Made by a program: the position numbers and the translations under genes | Origin: Candidatus Amesbacteria bacterium RIFCSPLOWO2_01_FULL_48_25 | Lineage (GTDB): Bacteria > Patescibacteriota > Microgenomatia > CAZETR01 > Amesbacteraceae | Direction of reading: 5' to 3' | DNA: 64,000 nucleotides | Assembly (NCBI GenBank): GCA_001773695.1 | Contig: MEXN01000005.1 | Span: 139,316-203,315, forward strand | Shown here: piece after piece, positions 1 to 10,539 of the stretch | Layout of the letters: each line of letters starts with the position of its first letter | Numbering within the stretch: the first letter of the stretch is position 1 | The notes under the pieces: model-generated | Databases searched by the model: none | Told to the model about the DNA's origin: nothing | Seen by the model: the letters and a program-made list of their open reading frames with translations, nothing else

Positions 1-152
<152 letters not shown>

Positions 153-211
153 TTAGCAGGAAGCTAGGGTACGTTCAACTTGACAAACTGAGGAAATGAG
201 GGGATGGGTGG

Positions 212-601
212 TTAATCAAAGCGTTGGGGAAAGAGGCGGATTATGGCCTTGACGAAGCCTGGAAGCCGATCCCAATCTTGGTATCCATCGATGATGGCAT
301 CCATGATAGCCGGAGTGGCTTGGGCGACAATTTGATCTAATTCACGGTCGGGGAGGTGGTCTATTATTCTCTGTTTACCCGTGTCTAGTCTCATAGGATA
401 TTGTCCAGGCAGATTGTGATGGATTCTCATAAAAGGGATACCCGAATCTTCTGGTACTTCAGCGCAGGTTATGAGTCCTGAAGCCTCTGGAAGACCGTTT
501 TTCGCCAACGGTTTTTTTAAATCAATTTTTAAGTAGTGGATTTTTCGGTCAGGTGCAGACATATTATGTTTGAATTTATTCTCTGATCGGCCGGAAGTCA
601 A
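212..601 (-). CDS. Hypothetical small protein immediately upstream of gyrB (position matches YaaB/DUF721-like genes in dnaA-gyrB regions; not recognisable by motif)
   Basis: 129-aa ORF on the same strand as gyrB. No recognisable motif; the assignment rests on context only. Confidence 0.35.
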   Translation of the reverse strand: MTSGRSENKFKHNMSAPDRKIHYLKIDLKKPLAKNGLPEASGLITCAEVPEDSGIPFMRIHHNLPGQYPMRLDTGKQRIIDHLPDRELDQIVAQATPAIMDAIIDGYQDWDRLPGFVKAIIRLFPQRFD

Positions 602-1199
602 GGTTGAGAGCCAGGTGGTCTATGACGAGTTTGACGTTGCAGTTGGATTTAAGGAATTTTCTACACTCCGTGAGTAGGGAATATAACGCCCCCTCTGATC
701 CCCCTCTTAAATTAAGAGGGGGACGTAAGGGGGAGTTATTTAACGAGGCGTGGATGTAATACTCTATTTCATCTAGGAATTTTAAGGCCGTTTCGCGGGT
801 GAAGGATTGGGAGTCTAAAATTTTGAGGCGGTCCCCTACTCCGGCAGAAATAAGTTGCGGAATATAAGACGCATAGGACGAATTGGACGTATAGGGAGAA
901 GAAATGATTTGAACACGGGAGAGGATGGTGGGGAGGAGAGTGTCAGGGTACGAAGTAACAAGATAAATGAGGGAATTGCCGGGGGGCTCTTCTAGGGTTT
1001 TTAACAAGGCGTGTTGGGCAGGGAGAGTCAGCTTTTCGGCGGCGTAAATTATGACGGTATTGTGACTCCCTAAGGACTTTCGGGATAGGAAAGTTTGAAT
1101 TTGACGAACCTCTTCAATGCCTATTGATGTGTCGGGGGTAACTTTAAGAGTATCTGGACTGTCGGGAAGGTCAAGGACGCTGGTTAGGAAGGCGTGCAT
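576..1199 (-). CDS. holB: DNA polymerase III delta-prime-like clamp-loader subunit (short form, no Walker A); start chosen at the MHAFL Met so it does not overlap pilB
   Basis: Motif AEKLTLPAQHALLKTLEEPP...LPTILSRVQ is typical of HolB/clamp-loader delta-prime. The ORF-track start at 1376 would overlap pilB. Confidence 0.55.
   Translation of the reverse strand: MHAFLTSVLDLPDSPDTLKVTPDTSIGIEEVRQIQTFLSRKSLGSHNTVIIYAAEKLTLPAQHALLKTLEEPPGNSLIYLVTSYPDTLLPTILSRVQIISSPYTSNSSYASYIPQLISAGVGDRLKILDSQSFTRETALKFLDEIEYYIHASLNNSPLRPPLNLRGGSEGALYSLLTECRKFLKSNCNVKLVIDHLALNLDFRPIRE
700..722. repeat. Second copy of the CCCCCTCTTAA-N-TTAAGAGGGGG palindrome, embedded in-frame in the holB coding region (flanked by additional C5/G5 blocks)
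   Basis: ccccctcttaaattaagaggggg with cccctctgatc upstream and acgtaagggggag downstream. Confidence 0.6.
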
Positions 1200-1217
1200 G
1201 TGTAGTATTATATATGT

Positions 1218-2969
1218 ATGCCTGCCCAGAGAATTGGCGGAAGTGGTGATGTGGAATCCGCGGCGATTGTTGAAGTGTTGGTTCGGGATGGGAAGATAAC
1301 GGCGGAGCAGGCCAAAAGAGCAAACGACTCTTTTGTGACTACAGGTGTACCGGCGACTGCATTTTTGTTGCAACAAAAAATTGTCCGAGTGGAGGATGTG
1401 GTGGCGGCCCGGGCGAAGTATTACAACGTTCCGTTCTTGCGCCTTACTGAGACCGCGGTTTCGCCGGTGGCCTTGGGGTATGTGGACAAAGGTTTGGCGG
1501 CCCGATACCAGCTATTACCATTTAACTATGACAATGTGAAGCAGGAGTTGTCGGTGGCGATGGCCAACCCGGTGGACCTGGCTGCGATCGAGTTTTTGGA
1601 GAAGAAAACCGGAATGAGGATCAAGCCGTTTGCGGCCATACCGGCCGAGGTGGCAGAGGCGGTGGAGACAAGATATGAACAGACGTTGACGACTGAGGTG
1701 ACGGCGGCGCTTAAAGAGGCGGGAGGAGCGGCTGGAGAGGAAGTAAAGACGATAAATATCAGGAAGGTGGGAGAGTTTATTCGGGAGGCGCCCATTGCTA
1801 AGATTGTGACGACGATATTGGAATTTGCTATTAAATCCCGGGCGTCAGATGTGCATATTGAACCGTTGGAGGACAGGACGCGAGTGCGGTACCGGATTGA
1901 CGGGATCTTGCATGAGAAGTTGGTATTGCCCAAAAAAATCCATGATTCGTTGGTGTCGAGGATCAAGATTTTGTCGGATATGAAGATCGATGAGAGACGG
2001 ATTCCCCAGGACGGGAGGTTTAACTTCCAGACGGATACGGAGGAAGTGGACCTGAGGATATCGACGTTGCCGACGGTGCATGGGGAGAAAGTGGTGATGC
2101 GGTTACTTAAAAAAACCGGCGGAGTGCCGACTTTGGTTGAGTTGGGACTTCGGGGGCGGGCCTTGAAAAACCTGGAAGAAGCAGTTTTGCGGCCGCACGG
2201 GATTATTCTGGCTACAGGACCTACCGGATCGGGAAAAACCACGACTTTGTATTCGCTTTTGTCGCGAATTAATACCATTAAAGTCAACGTGGTGACTTTG
2301 GAGGATCCGGTGGAATATCAGATTGGCGGGGTGAACCAGGTGCAAATAAATCCCCAGGCGGGGCTGACGTTTGCCTCTGGGTTAAGATCGTTTTTGCGGC
2401 AAGACCCGAATGTGATCATGGTGGGAGAGATTCGGGACGAGGAGACGGTGGAGCTGGCGGTTCAGGCGTCACTCACCGGTCACTTGGTGTTTTCCACGCT
2501 GCACACTAATTCATCGGCCGGGGCACTGCCGCGGATGCTGGACATGCACGCGGAGCCGTATTTGCTGGCGTCTACTATCACGGCCATTGTGGGTCAGCGG
2601 GTATGCCGCCAGGTGTGCGGTGTGTGCAAAAAACCGTATGAACCGGCGCCGGAAGTGGTTATGGATATGAAGAAAGTGTTGGGGAAGCTATGGACTCCTT
2701 CGACAAGCTCAGGGCAAGCGGTGCAGTTGTATAGAGGGGCTGGGTGTAGCGAGTGCGCTAATACCGGCTATCGGGGGCGGGTCGGGATTTATGAGGTTCT
2801 GCCGGTGACGGAAAAGATAGGCCGTTTGATACTTGAACACGCGCCAGCATCGGAAATCGAGAAGTTGGCTATAGACGAAGGGATGATTACCATGAAACAA
2901 GATGGCTACTTGAAAGTGGTGGAAGGAATAACTACTATTGAAGAGGTGCTGCGGGTGGCGCAAGAATAA
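1218..2969 (+). CDS. pilB: Type IV pilus assembly ATPase PilB (GspE family)
   Basis: Walker A GPTGSGKTT, TGHLVFSTLHTN, tetracysteine motif CGVCKKPY...CSECANTGYRGR, and N-terminal GSPII-like domains. Confidence 0.85.
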   Translation: MPAQRIGGSGDVESAAIVEVLVRDGKITAEQAKRANDSFVTTGVPATAFLLQQKIVRVEDVVAARAKYYNVPFLRLTETAVSPVALGYVDKGLAARYQLLPFNYDNVKQELSVAMANPVDLAAIEFLEKKTGMRIKPFAAIPAEVAEAVETRYEQTLTTEVTAALKEAGGAAGEEVKTINIRKVGEFIREAPIAKIVTTILEFAIKSRASDVHIEPLEDRTRVRYRIDGILHEKLVLPKKIHDSLVSRIKILSDMKIDERRIPQDGRFNFQTDTEEVDLRISTLPTVHGEKVVMRLLKKTGGVPTLVELGLRGRALKNLEEAVLRPHGIILATGPTGSGKTTTLYSLLSRINTIKVNVVTLEDPVEYQIGGVNQVQINPQAGLTFASGLRSFLRQDPNVIMVGEIRDEETVELAVQASLTGHLVFSTLHTNSSAGALPRMLDMHAEPYLLASTITAIVGQRVCRQVCGVCKKPYEPAPEVVMDMKKVLGKLWTPSTSSGQAVQLYRGAGCSECANTGYRGRVGIYEVLPVTEKIGRLILEHAPASEIEKLAIDEGMITMKQDGYLKVVEGITTIEEVLRVAQE

Positions 2970-2970
2970 A

Positions 2971-4029
2971 ATGACTATCCAACAACTATTGAAATATGTA
3001 ATTGAAAAGAAGGCGTCGGATTTACACTTGCTGGTGGGATCGCCGCCAATTGTGCGGATAGACGGAGTGTTGGCACCGGCGGATGGGGAGAAACCGCTTA
3101 ACGTATCCGAGGTGGAGCAACTGTTGCATGGAGTAATGTCGGTGGAGCAGAAGCAGATATTATCTGTAAACAAGGAATTGGATTTTTCGTTTACCTTGGG
3201 GGAACACGCCAGGTTTAGGGCGAATGTGTATCATCAGAAAAACACTGTGGCTGGGAGTTTCCGGTTTATTCCGGTGGAGGTGGCGGGTATCGATTCCTTA
3301 GGTTTACCGGCGATTATTCGCAATTTGACCCGGCTGAAGCAGGGATTTGTGCTGGTGACCGGGCCGACTGGTCAGGGAAAGTCGACGACGCTGGCTGCCA
3401 TGATTGACGAGATAAATAAGACCAGGGCGGTGCATGTGGTAACGATTGAGGACCCGATCGAGTATGTATACACTCCGATTAAGTCCATTGTCTCCCAACG
3501 AGAGATTCACGGAGACACGCATTCTTGGGAGGTGGCGCTGCGATCAGTGCTGAGGGAAGACCCGGATGTGGTACTGATCGGCGAGATGCGCGATTTTGAG
3601 ACGATCGCGGCGGCTTTGACTATTGCGGAGACGGGACACTTGGTATTGGCTACACTGCACACTAATTCGGCGGCACAGACGATCGATCGGATTGTAGACG
3701 TATTCCCGGAAAACCAGCAGCCGCAAATTAGGCAGCAGTTGTCGGGAAGCCTAGAGGCGGTATTTTCTCAGAGGCTCGTGCCTTTGATTGCCGGGGGGAG
3801 GACGGTGGCTTCCGAGGTCATGCTGGGGACGGCGGCGGTTCGGACGGCAATTCGGGATGGGCGGACGCATACGATTGATAACGTGATAATGACATCGGCG
3901 GAATATGGAATGTTTACCCTGGAGGCGTCTTTGGCGCAGTTGGTAAAGTCCGGAAAAATTTCTGAGGATGTGGCGCTGTCTTATTCGTTTAGGCCGGCTG
4001 ATCTGACGCGGTTTCTTAAAGGAGGATAG
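2971..4029 (+). CDS. pilT: Twitching motility / pilus retraction ATPase PilT
   Basis: GPTGQGKSTT Walker A and HLVLATLHTNSAAQTIDRI; about 350 aa, typical of PilT. Start placed at the MTIQQLL Met. Confidence 0.85.
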   Translation: MTIQQLLKYVIEKKASDLHLLVGSPPIVRIDGVLAPADGEKPLNVSEVEQLLHGVMSVEQKQILSVNKELDFSFTLGEHARFRANVYHQKNTVAGSFRFIPVEVAGIDSLGLPAIIRNLTRLKQGFVLVTGPTGQGKSTTLAAMIDEINKTRAVHVVTIEDPIEYVYTPIKSIVSQREIHGDTHSWEVALRSVLREDPDVVLIGEMRDFETIAAALTIAETGHLVLATLHTNSAAQTIDRIVDVFPENQQPQIRQQLSGSLEAVFSQRLVPLIAGGRTVASEVMLGTAAVRTAIRDGRTHTIDNVIMTSAEYGMFTLEASLAQLVKSGKISEDVALSYSFRPADLTRFLKGG

Positions 4030-4038
4030 GGGTTTGAC

Positions 4039-5241
4039 ATGAGGTATAAGTACCGGGCGAGAAATGAACTGGGGCAACCGGTAGCGGGAGTGGTGGAGGC
4101 GATAACGGCGTTGTCCGCGGCGGGGGTGTTGCGGGAGCAAAAGCTGACGCCGATTTCTATTAATGAGACCGGAGGAGGAGTGAATTTGGGTAATGTGTTT
4201 TCGATGTTTGGGAAAGTGGGGACGGCCGAGCTGGCGACGTTTACCCGGCAGCTGTCGACGATGATTACCGCAGGGTTGCCTCTAACCGATGCACTGAATT
4301 TATTGAAAGCCCAGTCCGGAAGAGCGTTTTCGCCCATTATCGGGGCGGTAATGGCGGATGTGCAGGGCGGGGTGTCACTTTCTGGGGCTTTGGGCAAACA
4401 CCCGCAGGTTTTTTCCAAAGTTTATATCTCTTTGGTTCGGGCGGGGGAGGCGGCAGGGGTGATGGAGACGATTATGAACAGGCTGGCGGATACTTTGGAA
4501 AAAGGGCGGGAGTTCCGATCTAAAGTGATTGGGGCAATGATTTATCCGATAATAATCCTGATCGGTATGGTGGCCGTTGTGATTATCATGGTGGTGGTAG
4601 TTATCCCGAAGCTGACCGCGTTGTATGAGGACTTTGATGCCGAGTTACCGGCGGCAACTCAGGTACTGATAGCGGTATCGGATTTTGCTATAAATTACTG
4701 GTGGCTGGCTATTGCAATGGGGGTGGGAGCGGTATTTGGGATCGTTGCTTTTTTACGAACTCCAAATGGCCGGGAGATTAAAGACAGACTGGTAGTCAAG
4801 ATTCCAGTATGGGGGGAACTGGTGCAAAAAGTGATGCTGACCGAGGTGACGCGGACTTTGGGATTATTGGTTTCGGCGGGAGTGTCCATCGTCGAGGCGC
4901 TAACGATCGTTTCCGAGGCGGCGGGAAACGTGATTGTAGAACGGGATTTGCGACGGATTTCCCGGCAGGTGGAGAAGGGATTTCCGGTGTCGATTTCTTT
5001 TTCGGAAAGCATGGTGTTTCCGGCAATTGTCGGGCAGATGATAGCCGTGGGTGAGGAAACCGGAAAAATGGACGAGGTACTCACCAAAATGTCTACTTAT
5101 TTCGAGTCCGAATCTGAACAACGGGTTAAAGGCTTGACAACGGCAATTGAGCCAATAATAATAATGGTATTAGCAGTAGGGGTAGGATTTTTGATGTACG
5201 CTGTAGTTATGCCACTTTATAGTATTACGAATAGTTTGTAG
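4039..5241 (+). CDS. pilC: Type IV pilus platform protein PilC (GspF family)
   Basis: 400 aa, two GspF repeats, polytopic membrane protein downstream of pilB/pilT. AGGAGG ribosome-binding site upstream. Confidence 0.85.
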   Translation: MRYKYRARNELGQPVAGVVEAITALSAAGVLREQKLTPISINETGGGVNLGNVFSMFGKVGTAELATFTRQLSTMITAGLPLTDALNLLKAQSGRAFSPIIGAVMADVQGGVSLSGALGKHPQVFSKVYISLVRAGEAAGVMETIMNRLADTLEKGREFRSKVIGAMIYPIIILIGMVAVVIIMVVVVIPKLTALYEDFDAELPAATQVLIAVSDFAINYWWLAIAMGVGAVFGIVAFLRTPNGREIKDRLVVKIPVWGELVQKVMLTEVTRTLGLLVSAGVSIVEALTIVSEAAGNVIVERDLRRISRQVEKGFPVSISFSESMVFPAIVGQMIAVGEETGKMDEVLTKMSTYFESESEQRVKGLTTAIEPIIIMVLAVGVGFLMYAVVMPLYSITNSL

Positions 5242-5273
5242 TTTTTGAAAGGAGGTGAAACCGAAATAAATTT

Positions 5274-5729
5274 ATGACACTATTTAAAAAAGGCCTGCCT
5301 GCCGGCAGGCAAGGTTTCACCCTTATCGAACTACTGGTGACGATAGGTGTCTTGGCAGTGGTTGCGGCGGGAGTAATTGCGACCATTAATCCGCAGCAGA
5401 AGATATTCCAGGCCCGGGACGCGCAGACGCAAAGTGGAGTAGGCCAGATAGCTACCGCTTTACAGTCGTGGGCGGCAGTAAATAATGGGTTATATCCGGC
5501 CGCATTGGCTACTCTGGTTACGGATGGGGAAATGACAGTTTTACCGCCGGCGGCTCCTGGCGCAGGTGGTTGGGTTTACAGTGTGAGTGCAGGTAATGCG
5601 GCTGCAGAGTTGCATTCAAATCTCCAGGCGACTAGGAATTTGGTGGGTGGTGCTCCTTCCTTCTGGTGTTGGAGATCGGCTAGCGGTCTAACAGTGGCTG
5701 TTACAGCAGCATTCGGCTGTGCTCCTTAG
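5274..5729 (+). CDS. pilA: Type IV pilin with class III (prepilin) signal, probable major pilin
   Basis: N-terminus KKGLPAGRQGFTLIELLVTIGVLAVVAAG (G|FTLIE cleavage/methylation motif). Strong SD AAGGAGGTGA upstream. Followed by a strong terminator/attenuator. Confidence 0.7.
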   Translation: MTLFKKGLPAGRQGFTLIELLVTIGVLAVVAAGVIATINPQQKIFQARDAQTQSGVGQIATALQSWAAVNNGLYPAALATLVTDGEMTVLPPAAPGAGGWVYSVSAGNAAAELHSNLQATRNLVGGAPSFWCWRSASGLTVAVTAAFGCAP

Positions 5730-5752
5730 AGGTTTTGGTATGTGGTGTGGCG

Positions 5753-5782
5753 CACTGCCCCGGGAGGGGCAGTGTTTGGTTT
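5753..5782 (+). terminator. Rho-independent terminator/attenuator after pilA
   Basis: Perfect 9-bp stem cactgcccc-ggga-ggggcagtg followed by tttggttt. Confidence 0.6.
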
Positions 5783-5793
5783 ATACTTAGCGA

Positions 5794-6489
5794 ATGGGTT
5801 TGATCTTTTTTGTTTTGGGGGCGGTTGCGGGGAGTGCGGCGAATGCGGTTATAGACCGCTTGCCGAGAAATGAAAGTTGGCTACGCGGCAGGTCACACTG
5901 TGATAAATGTAAACACACTTTAGGATTTTGGGATTTGATTCCCCTACTCTCTTTTGTGTTTTTGGGTGGGAAATGCAGATATTGTCGGGAACCGATTGTG
6001 GTAAGAAATTTTTGGGTAGAACTGATGATGGGGTTAGGATTCGTGATGTTGCCGTGGCAGTTGTGGGCAATTTTTTGGGTAACTGTGGTGATTGCTGTGA
6101 TGGATTGGGAAACTAAACTTGTTTCTGAATTATTGGTTTTGATATGGGGAATACTAGTAGTTTTACAGTTGCACAGTTTTACGGTTGCACAGTTGATTGG
6201 GACTGCAGTGGGGGTGGGGCTGATTGGGGGGGTGTGGGCGGTATCTCGCGGGCGGGCGATGGGATTTGGGGATGTGGAGATCGCGGCGGTTATGGGATGG
6301 TGGTTGGGGTGGCCTAAAATTGCCGTAGGGTTATGGGTGGCTTTTATAATTGGAGCTATAGTTGGCAGTTATCAGTTATCAGTTGGCAAAGCTAGGTTGA
6401 AGAGCGAGATAGCGTTTGGGCCGTTTTTGATAATTGGCGCTTGGATTGGTTATATTTGGGGAAGCAACTTATGGAATTTGATATTTTAG
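5794..6489 (+). CDS. pilD: Prepilin peptidase / N-methyltransferase PilD (A24 family)
   Basis: CDKCKH...CRYC zinc-binding cysteines, catalytic Asp contexts (MDWETK, GFGDVEIAA), polytopic membrane protein. Contains short tandem nucleotide repeats (around 6161-6200 and 6361-6390). Confidence 0.85.
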   Translation: MGLIFFVLGAVAGSAANAVIDRLPRNESWLRGRSHCDKCKHTLGFWDLIPLLSFVFLGGKCRYCREPIVVRNFWVELMMGLGFVMLPWQLWAIFWVTVVIAVMDWETKLVSELLVLIWGILVVLQLHSFTVAQLIGTAVGVGLIGGVWAVSRGRAMGFGDVEIAAVMGWWLGWPKIAVGLWVAFIIGAIVGSYQLSVGKARLKSEIAFGPFLIIGAWIGYIWGSNLWNLIF

Positions 6490-6950
6490 ACTGGAAAAGA
6501 CGCGAGATAGTTTTTGTTGGAGTAGTTTTGACAATTGTTTTGGGGGTTTCGGTTTTCCAGTTGAAGATTGGGGAGATGAAGACTAGGGATGCACAACGGA
6601 AGGCAGATGTGGAGCTGGTCGCCAGGGCTATGGAGAGATATTACGCAGACTATGGCCAGTACCCGATTGGCAGTGAGGGGAAAATTGTGTCTTGCGGAGA
6701 CCGTGGCCTTGCAACGTGCGAATGGGGGGAGGGCAGTATGGTAGACGGTGATAACGTAGTTTATTTGAAAAAGTTGCCGGTTGACCCCCTAGCTTTTAGG
6801 GGTTGGGAGTACACATATGAAACAGGCGGGGAGGGGCAGAAATTTAGAATATACGTAGGGCTGGAGTACGGGCGGGATCCAGGTGCGAAGACGGGTTTGA
6901 CAAAGGAGTGCGGAGTAGGGATACAATGTAAGTGGTATGTTTCTGATTAG
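6471..6950 (+). CDS. Pilin/pseudopilin-like protein with atypical N-terminus
   Basis: TM segment EIVFVGVVLTIVLG followed by RDAQRKADVELVARAMERYYADYGQYP (GspG/pilin-like globular domain signature). Lacks the canonical G|FTLIE motif. Start uncertain (6441 or 6471). Confidence 0.45.
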   Translation: MEFDILDWKRREIVFVGVVLTIVLGVSVFQLKIGEMKTRDAQRKADVELVARAMERYYADYGQYPIGSEGKIVSCGDRGLATCEWGEGSMVDGDNVVYLKKLPVDPLAFRGWEYTYETGGEGQKFRIYVGLEYGRDPGAKTGLTKECGVGIQCKWYVSD

Positions 6951-7413
6951 AGGATATTCGCTTATAGAGTTAATAATTGTTATTGCTTTAATTGCGGTGT
7001 TGGCGGCGGCATCGATGTCTTTTTTGGGGCCGGGACAGCAGAGGTATGGGCGGGATGCCAGACGGCAGGCGGATTTACAATCTATAGCTTCGGCTGTTGA
7101 GTTGTACAGAACGGATAACGGGACGTATCCTCCAGGCAGCAGTTGGGCAAGCTTGACAACAATCCTTACCGGGACCGGGTACTTGAGGAATGTGCCTACG
7201 GACGTAACGACGGGAAGGCAATATGCTTACACGTCTTATTACTTTGGCGGGGCGGGGGCGGGGCCGACGCCGTGCGTGGCTCCCAATAGGTGTCCCGGGT
7301 TTGCCTTGTGCGCGGCCCTGGAGAGAAATACTACTCCAATACCTGCTAGTTATCCCGTTTGCGGGTCGTGCGGCGGGGCGGTTAGTTGCAGTTTTCGGGT
7401 AACCAATCCATGA
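6937..7413 (+). CDS. Type IV pilin (prepilin N-terminal domain), Cys-rich C-terminus
   Basis: MFLIRGYSLIELIIVIALIAVLAA... followed by RDARRQADLQSIASAVELYRTDNGTYP. Confidence 0.7.
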   Translation: MFLIRGYSLIELIIVIALIAVLAAASMSFLGPGQQRYGRDARRQADLQSIASAVELYRTDNGTYPPGSSWASLTTILTGTGYLRNVPTDVTTGRQYAYTSYYFGGAGAGPTPCVAPNRCPGFALCAALERNTTPIPASYPVCGSCGGAVSCSFRVTNP

Positions 7414-8621
7414 CTAAAGGATTTACATTAGTGGAGGTGATTTTAGCTATGGGATTGTCAGTGATACTTTTGGGTTTCGGGGCATCAACTTTTCAGAGTA
7501 CTGTCAGGAGGCAGGCAGTTGACCAGACGGCGGAAAGAATAAACCAAGTTTTGCAGGAAGCTAAAACTAATGCCCAGGCGGGCAAGAAAGATTGTGCGGT
7601 GTGCGGGTGCACCGGGGCGAGTACCGACTTGGCTTTGGAGGGCTGGGAAGTAACGATGACTACTAGTAGTTATACATTGTCGGGAAAGTGCGGGACGACA
7701 TACTTTTACACTTCGGGGGTGCAGCCGCTGCCCGGGGGGATAGTGGTCTCTTATAACCCTGGTAATTCGGTAATGTTTAAGCCACTTGGACAAGGGACGA
7801 ATTTGGCTGCAAATTACTCTGTGGTGGTATATCAGCCGGGGGTTGCGGCTAGAGGGTTCTCGGTTACTACAGGTGGGGAGATAAAGCCTCCTGTGCCGAC
7901 ACCGATTCCGACCGGGGCGGTTGCGACGGCTACTCCTTCCTCGCCTACGGCCACTCCAGCGACGTCTACTAGTACTCCGGTTCCGCCGTTACCTACATCT
8001 ACTCCGCCGGCTCCGACTCCCACACCGACTACCTCAGCGGCGATTGTAAAAGCCATCACCTTTGAAGGCGGAACGATTGTTAACGCCGCAAATGGTGTGG
8101 ATAGTACGGTGGGGACCGTGGACTTGGAGACGACCTCGCCACTTAAGGGGACTTATTCCGCAACTCCAGTAAATTCTGGTGTGGCTTACATGGTTGAGAA
8201 TTTTTCACCAGCGGTGAGTGATGTGTATGTATCCTTTTACCTGAGGGTGAACACTTTACCTACGACTAACGCTACGATGTTTGATTTGAGGGACACGGGA
8301 ACTGCGAGGAAGGGTATGCTTCAAGTAACTACGGCGAGTAAGTTGAGGCTGAGTAACAACGGATCTGTGGTGGGCTCTGACTCTCCGGCACTAACTCCGG
8401 GGACCATATACCGAGTCGGAATTCACGAGAAGGTGGGATCGGGAAACGGGATTTTGGAAGCATTTGTAGTAGCTGGAGAAGTGGCTTTTGGTGGGCCATT
8501 TGCTGCTAGTTCGACTCAGACATTTACAGCATCGATTAGCCGGGTAACGGTAGGACCAACCGTGAACAATATTGGGATAACCGTGGACGATATCCGGATA
8601 GGTTCGGGGGTGATGCCATAG
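7411..8621 (+). CDS. Large minor pilin with Pro/Thr-rich linker and C-terminal beta-sandwich (lectin/LamG-like) domain
   Basis: MTKGFTLVEVILAMGLSV prepilin motif. PVPTPIPTG...TPTPTTSA linker. C-terminal roughly 200-aa domain of beta-strand character. Confidence 0.6.
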
Positions 8622-8623
8622 AT

Positions 8624-9082
8624 ATGAGGAACGGCCAAGCGCTAGTGGAGGTAATAATATCTTTTGCCCTTATGCTGGTGGCGTTGGTGGGATTGGTAAC
8701 GGTGGCCACCAAGTCTACTTCTAATTCCGGTTTGTCCCAACGTGAGGCCCAGGCAACGGCTTATGCCTCGCAAGCTATGGCTTGGGTGAAGAGCCAGAGA
8801 AGTACTCTTAGTTGGACTGAATTTTCTGCCAAAAGAGGATCTGTATATTGTTTACCTGGCGTTGACAGTTTTGATTGGGGTACGACGGCTGTGGATTTGG
8901 CAAACTGTGGCTTGTTGTCCGGGACCGAGTATGTTAGGGGGGTGACGGTAACGGGAGTGACCTATTATCCTACCCCGGCGGGTACCCCCATCGACCAAAT
9001 TGTAGCGGATGTGGAGGTGAGGTGGAGAGAGGGGGAAAGATTGGTGAGGAGGAGGTTAACCGCGGTATTTACACCGCATTGA
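8624..9082 (+). CDS. Pilin-like protein (prepilin-type N-terminus)
   Basis: MRNGQALVEVIISFALMLVALVGLV. Confidence 0.6.
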   Translation: MRNGQALVEVIISFALMLVALVGLVTVATKSTSNSGLSQREAQATAYASQAMAWVKSQRSTLSWTEFSAKRGSVYCLPGVDSFDWGTTAVDLANCGLLSGTEYVRGVTVTGVTYYPTPAGTPIDQIVADVEVRWREGERLVRRRLTAVFTPH

Positions 9083-9083
9083 T

Positions 9084-9599
9084 ATGAAAAGACGAGGGTT
9101 TACATTAGTGGAAATACTGGTGTCCATGACGCTATTTGTGATTTTGGCTGTTTCGGTGACGGCATTGGTGGCGTCATTACTTCGCAGCGCTCGCAAGGCG
9201 GCGGTTCTGGGAATTGCTAAGACTGAAGGTGAGTATGCATTGATGGCGATGGCAGAGATGGTCAGGTATGCAGGGGAGGTGGTGTGCTCTGCTGCCGACG
9301 CGGGAGGTCAAACTTTGGAGGTTACGAAACAAAACGGTGACATTATTAATTATAGATATTATCTAACTCCCCTACCTCGGATAAGCTCAGAGAGCGGAGC
9401 GTTGGCGACCCCCTTAAATTCTAGCAGAGTAACACTTACGGCTTGTAGTGGAACCACGGTTTTTACATGTCCGGATCCCCAGACCGTGGATATTTGTTTT
9501 TGGGCGGATGTGCCGGGAGGATTGGATGTGAGCGAGAAGGTGGGGGTAAGTAGCGGGATTCAGTTTCAAACGAAGGTGGTATTGAGAAATAAGGACTGA
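9084..9599 (+). CDS. Pilin-like protein (prepilin-type N-terminal cleavage/methylation domain)
   Basis: MKRRGFTLVEILVSMTLFVILAV. Confidence 0.65.
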   Translation: MKRRGFTLVEILVSMTLFVILAVSVTALVASLLRSARKAAVLGIAKTEGEYALMAMAEMVRYAGEVVCSAADAGGQTLEVTKQNGDIINYRYYLTPLPRISSESGALATPLNSSRVTLTACSGTTVFTCPDPQTVDICFWADVPGGLDVSEKVGVSSGIQFQTKVVLRNKD

Positions 9600-9617
9600 T
9601 GTCTCTATAATGGATTA

Positions 9618-10526
9618 ATGTTTAAGAGTGGTCAGGCGCTTTTGGTAGTGCTTCTAATGTTGGGGGTGGCTCTGACTATTGGGATATCGATCGCTTCTCG
9701 AAGCACAACCGAAGTGGAAATTTCGACAACGCAACAAGAAGCGGCCAGAGCGTTGGAGGCGGCCGAGACGGGAATTGAAAAAGCTTTGGGGGGGGTGGTG
9801 GTTGGCAATGTGGTCGATCAGCCGGTGGATACTAACCCAATTGATACATACTCAGTGAATGTGCAAACGGTGGCCGGATTGCAACAACTAGTGTCGAGGA
9901 CTTATCTGGTGGGAGGTGATATCGCGACGTTTAATATTGAGGATATACCTTCCACAGTTGGTCCGGGAACACCGACTCCGACTCCGAATGAGGGGCCGGG
10001 TGGGCCGAATGCCCGGGTGAGGGTATGTTGGGGCGAGGCGGGGGTAAGTTCGGCCGTGGAGGTATCGCTTTTGTCTCGGCAAAACCCTAATCCTAAGGAC
10101 TACTTTGTCAGAAGGTGGGCTTATGATCCGGACGGGTCGAGAAGGGGTTCGAATAACTTTATGGCTCCGCCGGTGGCTACACCTAACCCGACGATGTGTC
10201 CACGACCGGATAGTGGGGGAAGTTTTAGGTATTATGCTGAGCCGGTGATAGGAAAAGTTGCCACGAAGCCGTTGTACTTACAAGTAAGGACTTTATATAA
10301 CGGCGAAACACCCCAACAGGTAGGAGTGTCGACGGTAAACGGCTCCCCGTGCGGTGGGGCCGGGTGGTGCTGGTTTTTTCCGATGCAGGGCAAAACGATA
10401 ACGGCGGTGGGGGTGGCGGGGCAAGTGACTAAGCGGTTACAGGTGACTGAGTCCTTTGCCGATCCGTGGCCGATATTTGCCGATGTGATATTTTCTGGCT
10501 CGGGATCGGTTGGTCATTCCAATTGA
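9618..10526 (+). CDS. PilX-like minor pilin / pilus assembly protein
   Basis: MFKSGQALLVVLLMLGVALTIGISIASRSTTEVEIS...QEAARALEAAETGIEKAL resembles PilX N-terminal domains. Confidence 0.5.
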   Translation: MFKSGQALLVVLLMLGVALTIGISIASRSTTEVEISTTQQEAARALEAAETGIEKALGGVVVGNVVDQPVDTNPIDTYSVNVQTVAGLQQLVSRTYLVGGDIATFNIEDIPSTVGPGTPTPTPNEGPGGPNARVRVCWGEAGVSSAVEVSLLSRQNPNPKDYFVRRWAYDPDGSRRGSNNFMAPPVATPNPTMCPRPDSGGSFRYYAEPVIGKVATKPLYLQVRTLYNGETPQQVGVSTVNGSPCGGAGWCWFFPMQGKTITAVGVAGQVTKRLQVTESFADPWPIFADVIFSGSGSVGHSN

Positions 10527-10539
10527 TATTTAGAAGTTT

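Noticed and set aside
1526-2345. Antisense ORFs inside pilB (253, 78, 80 aa)
   Set aside because: They overlap a strongly supported PilB coding frame on the opposite strand and have no motifs. Typical shadow ORFs.
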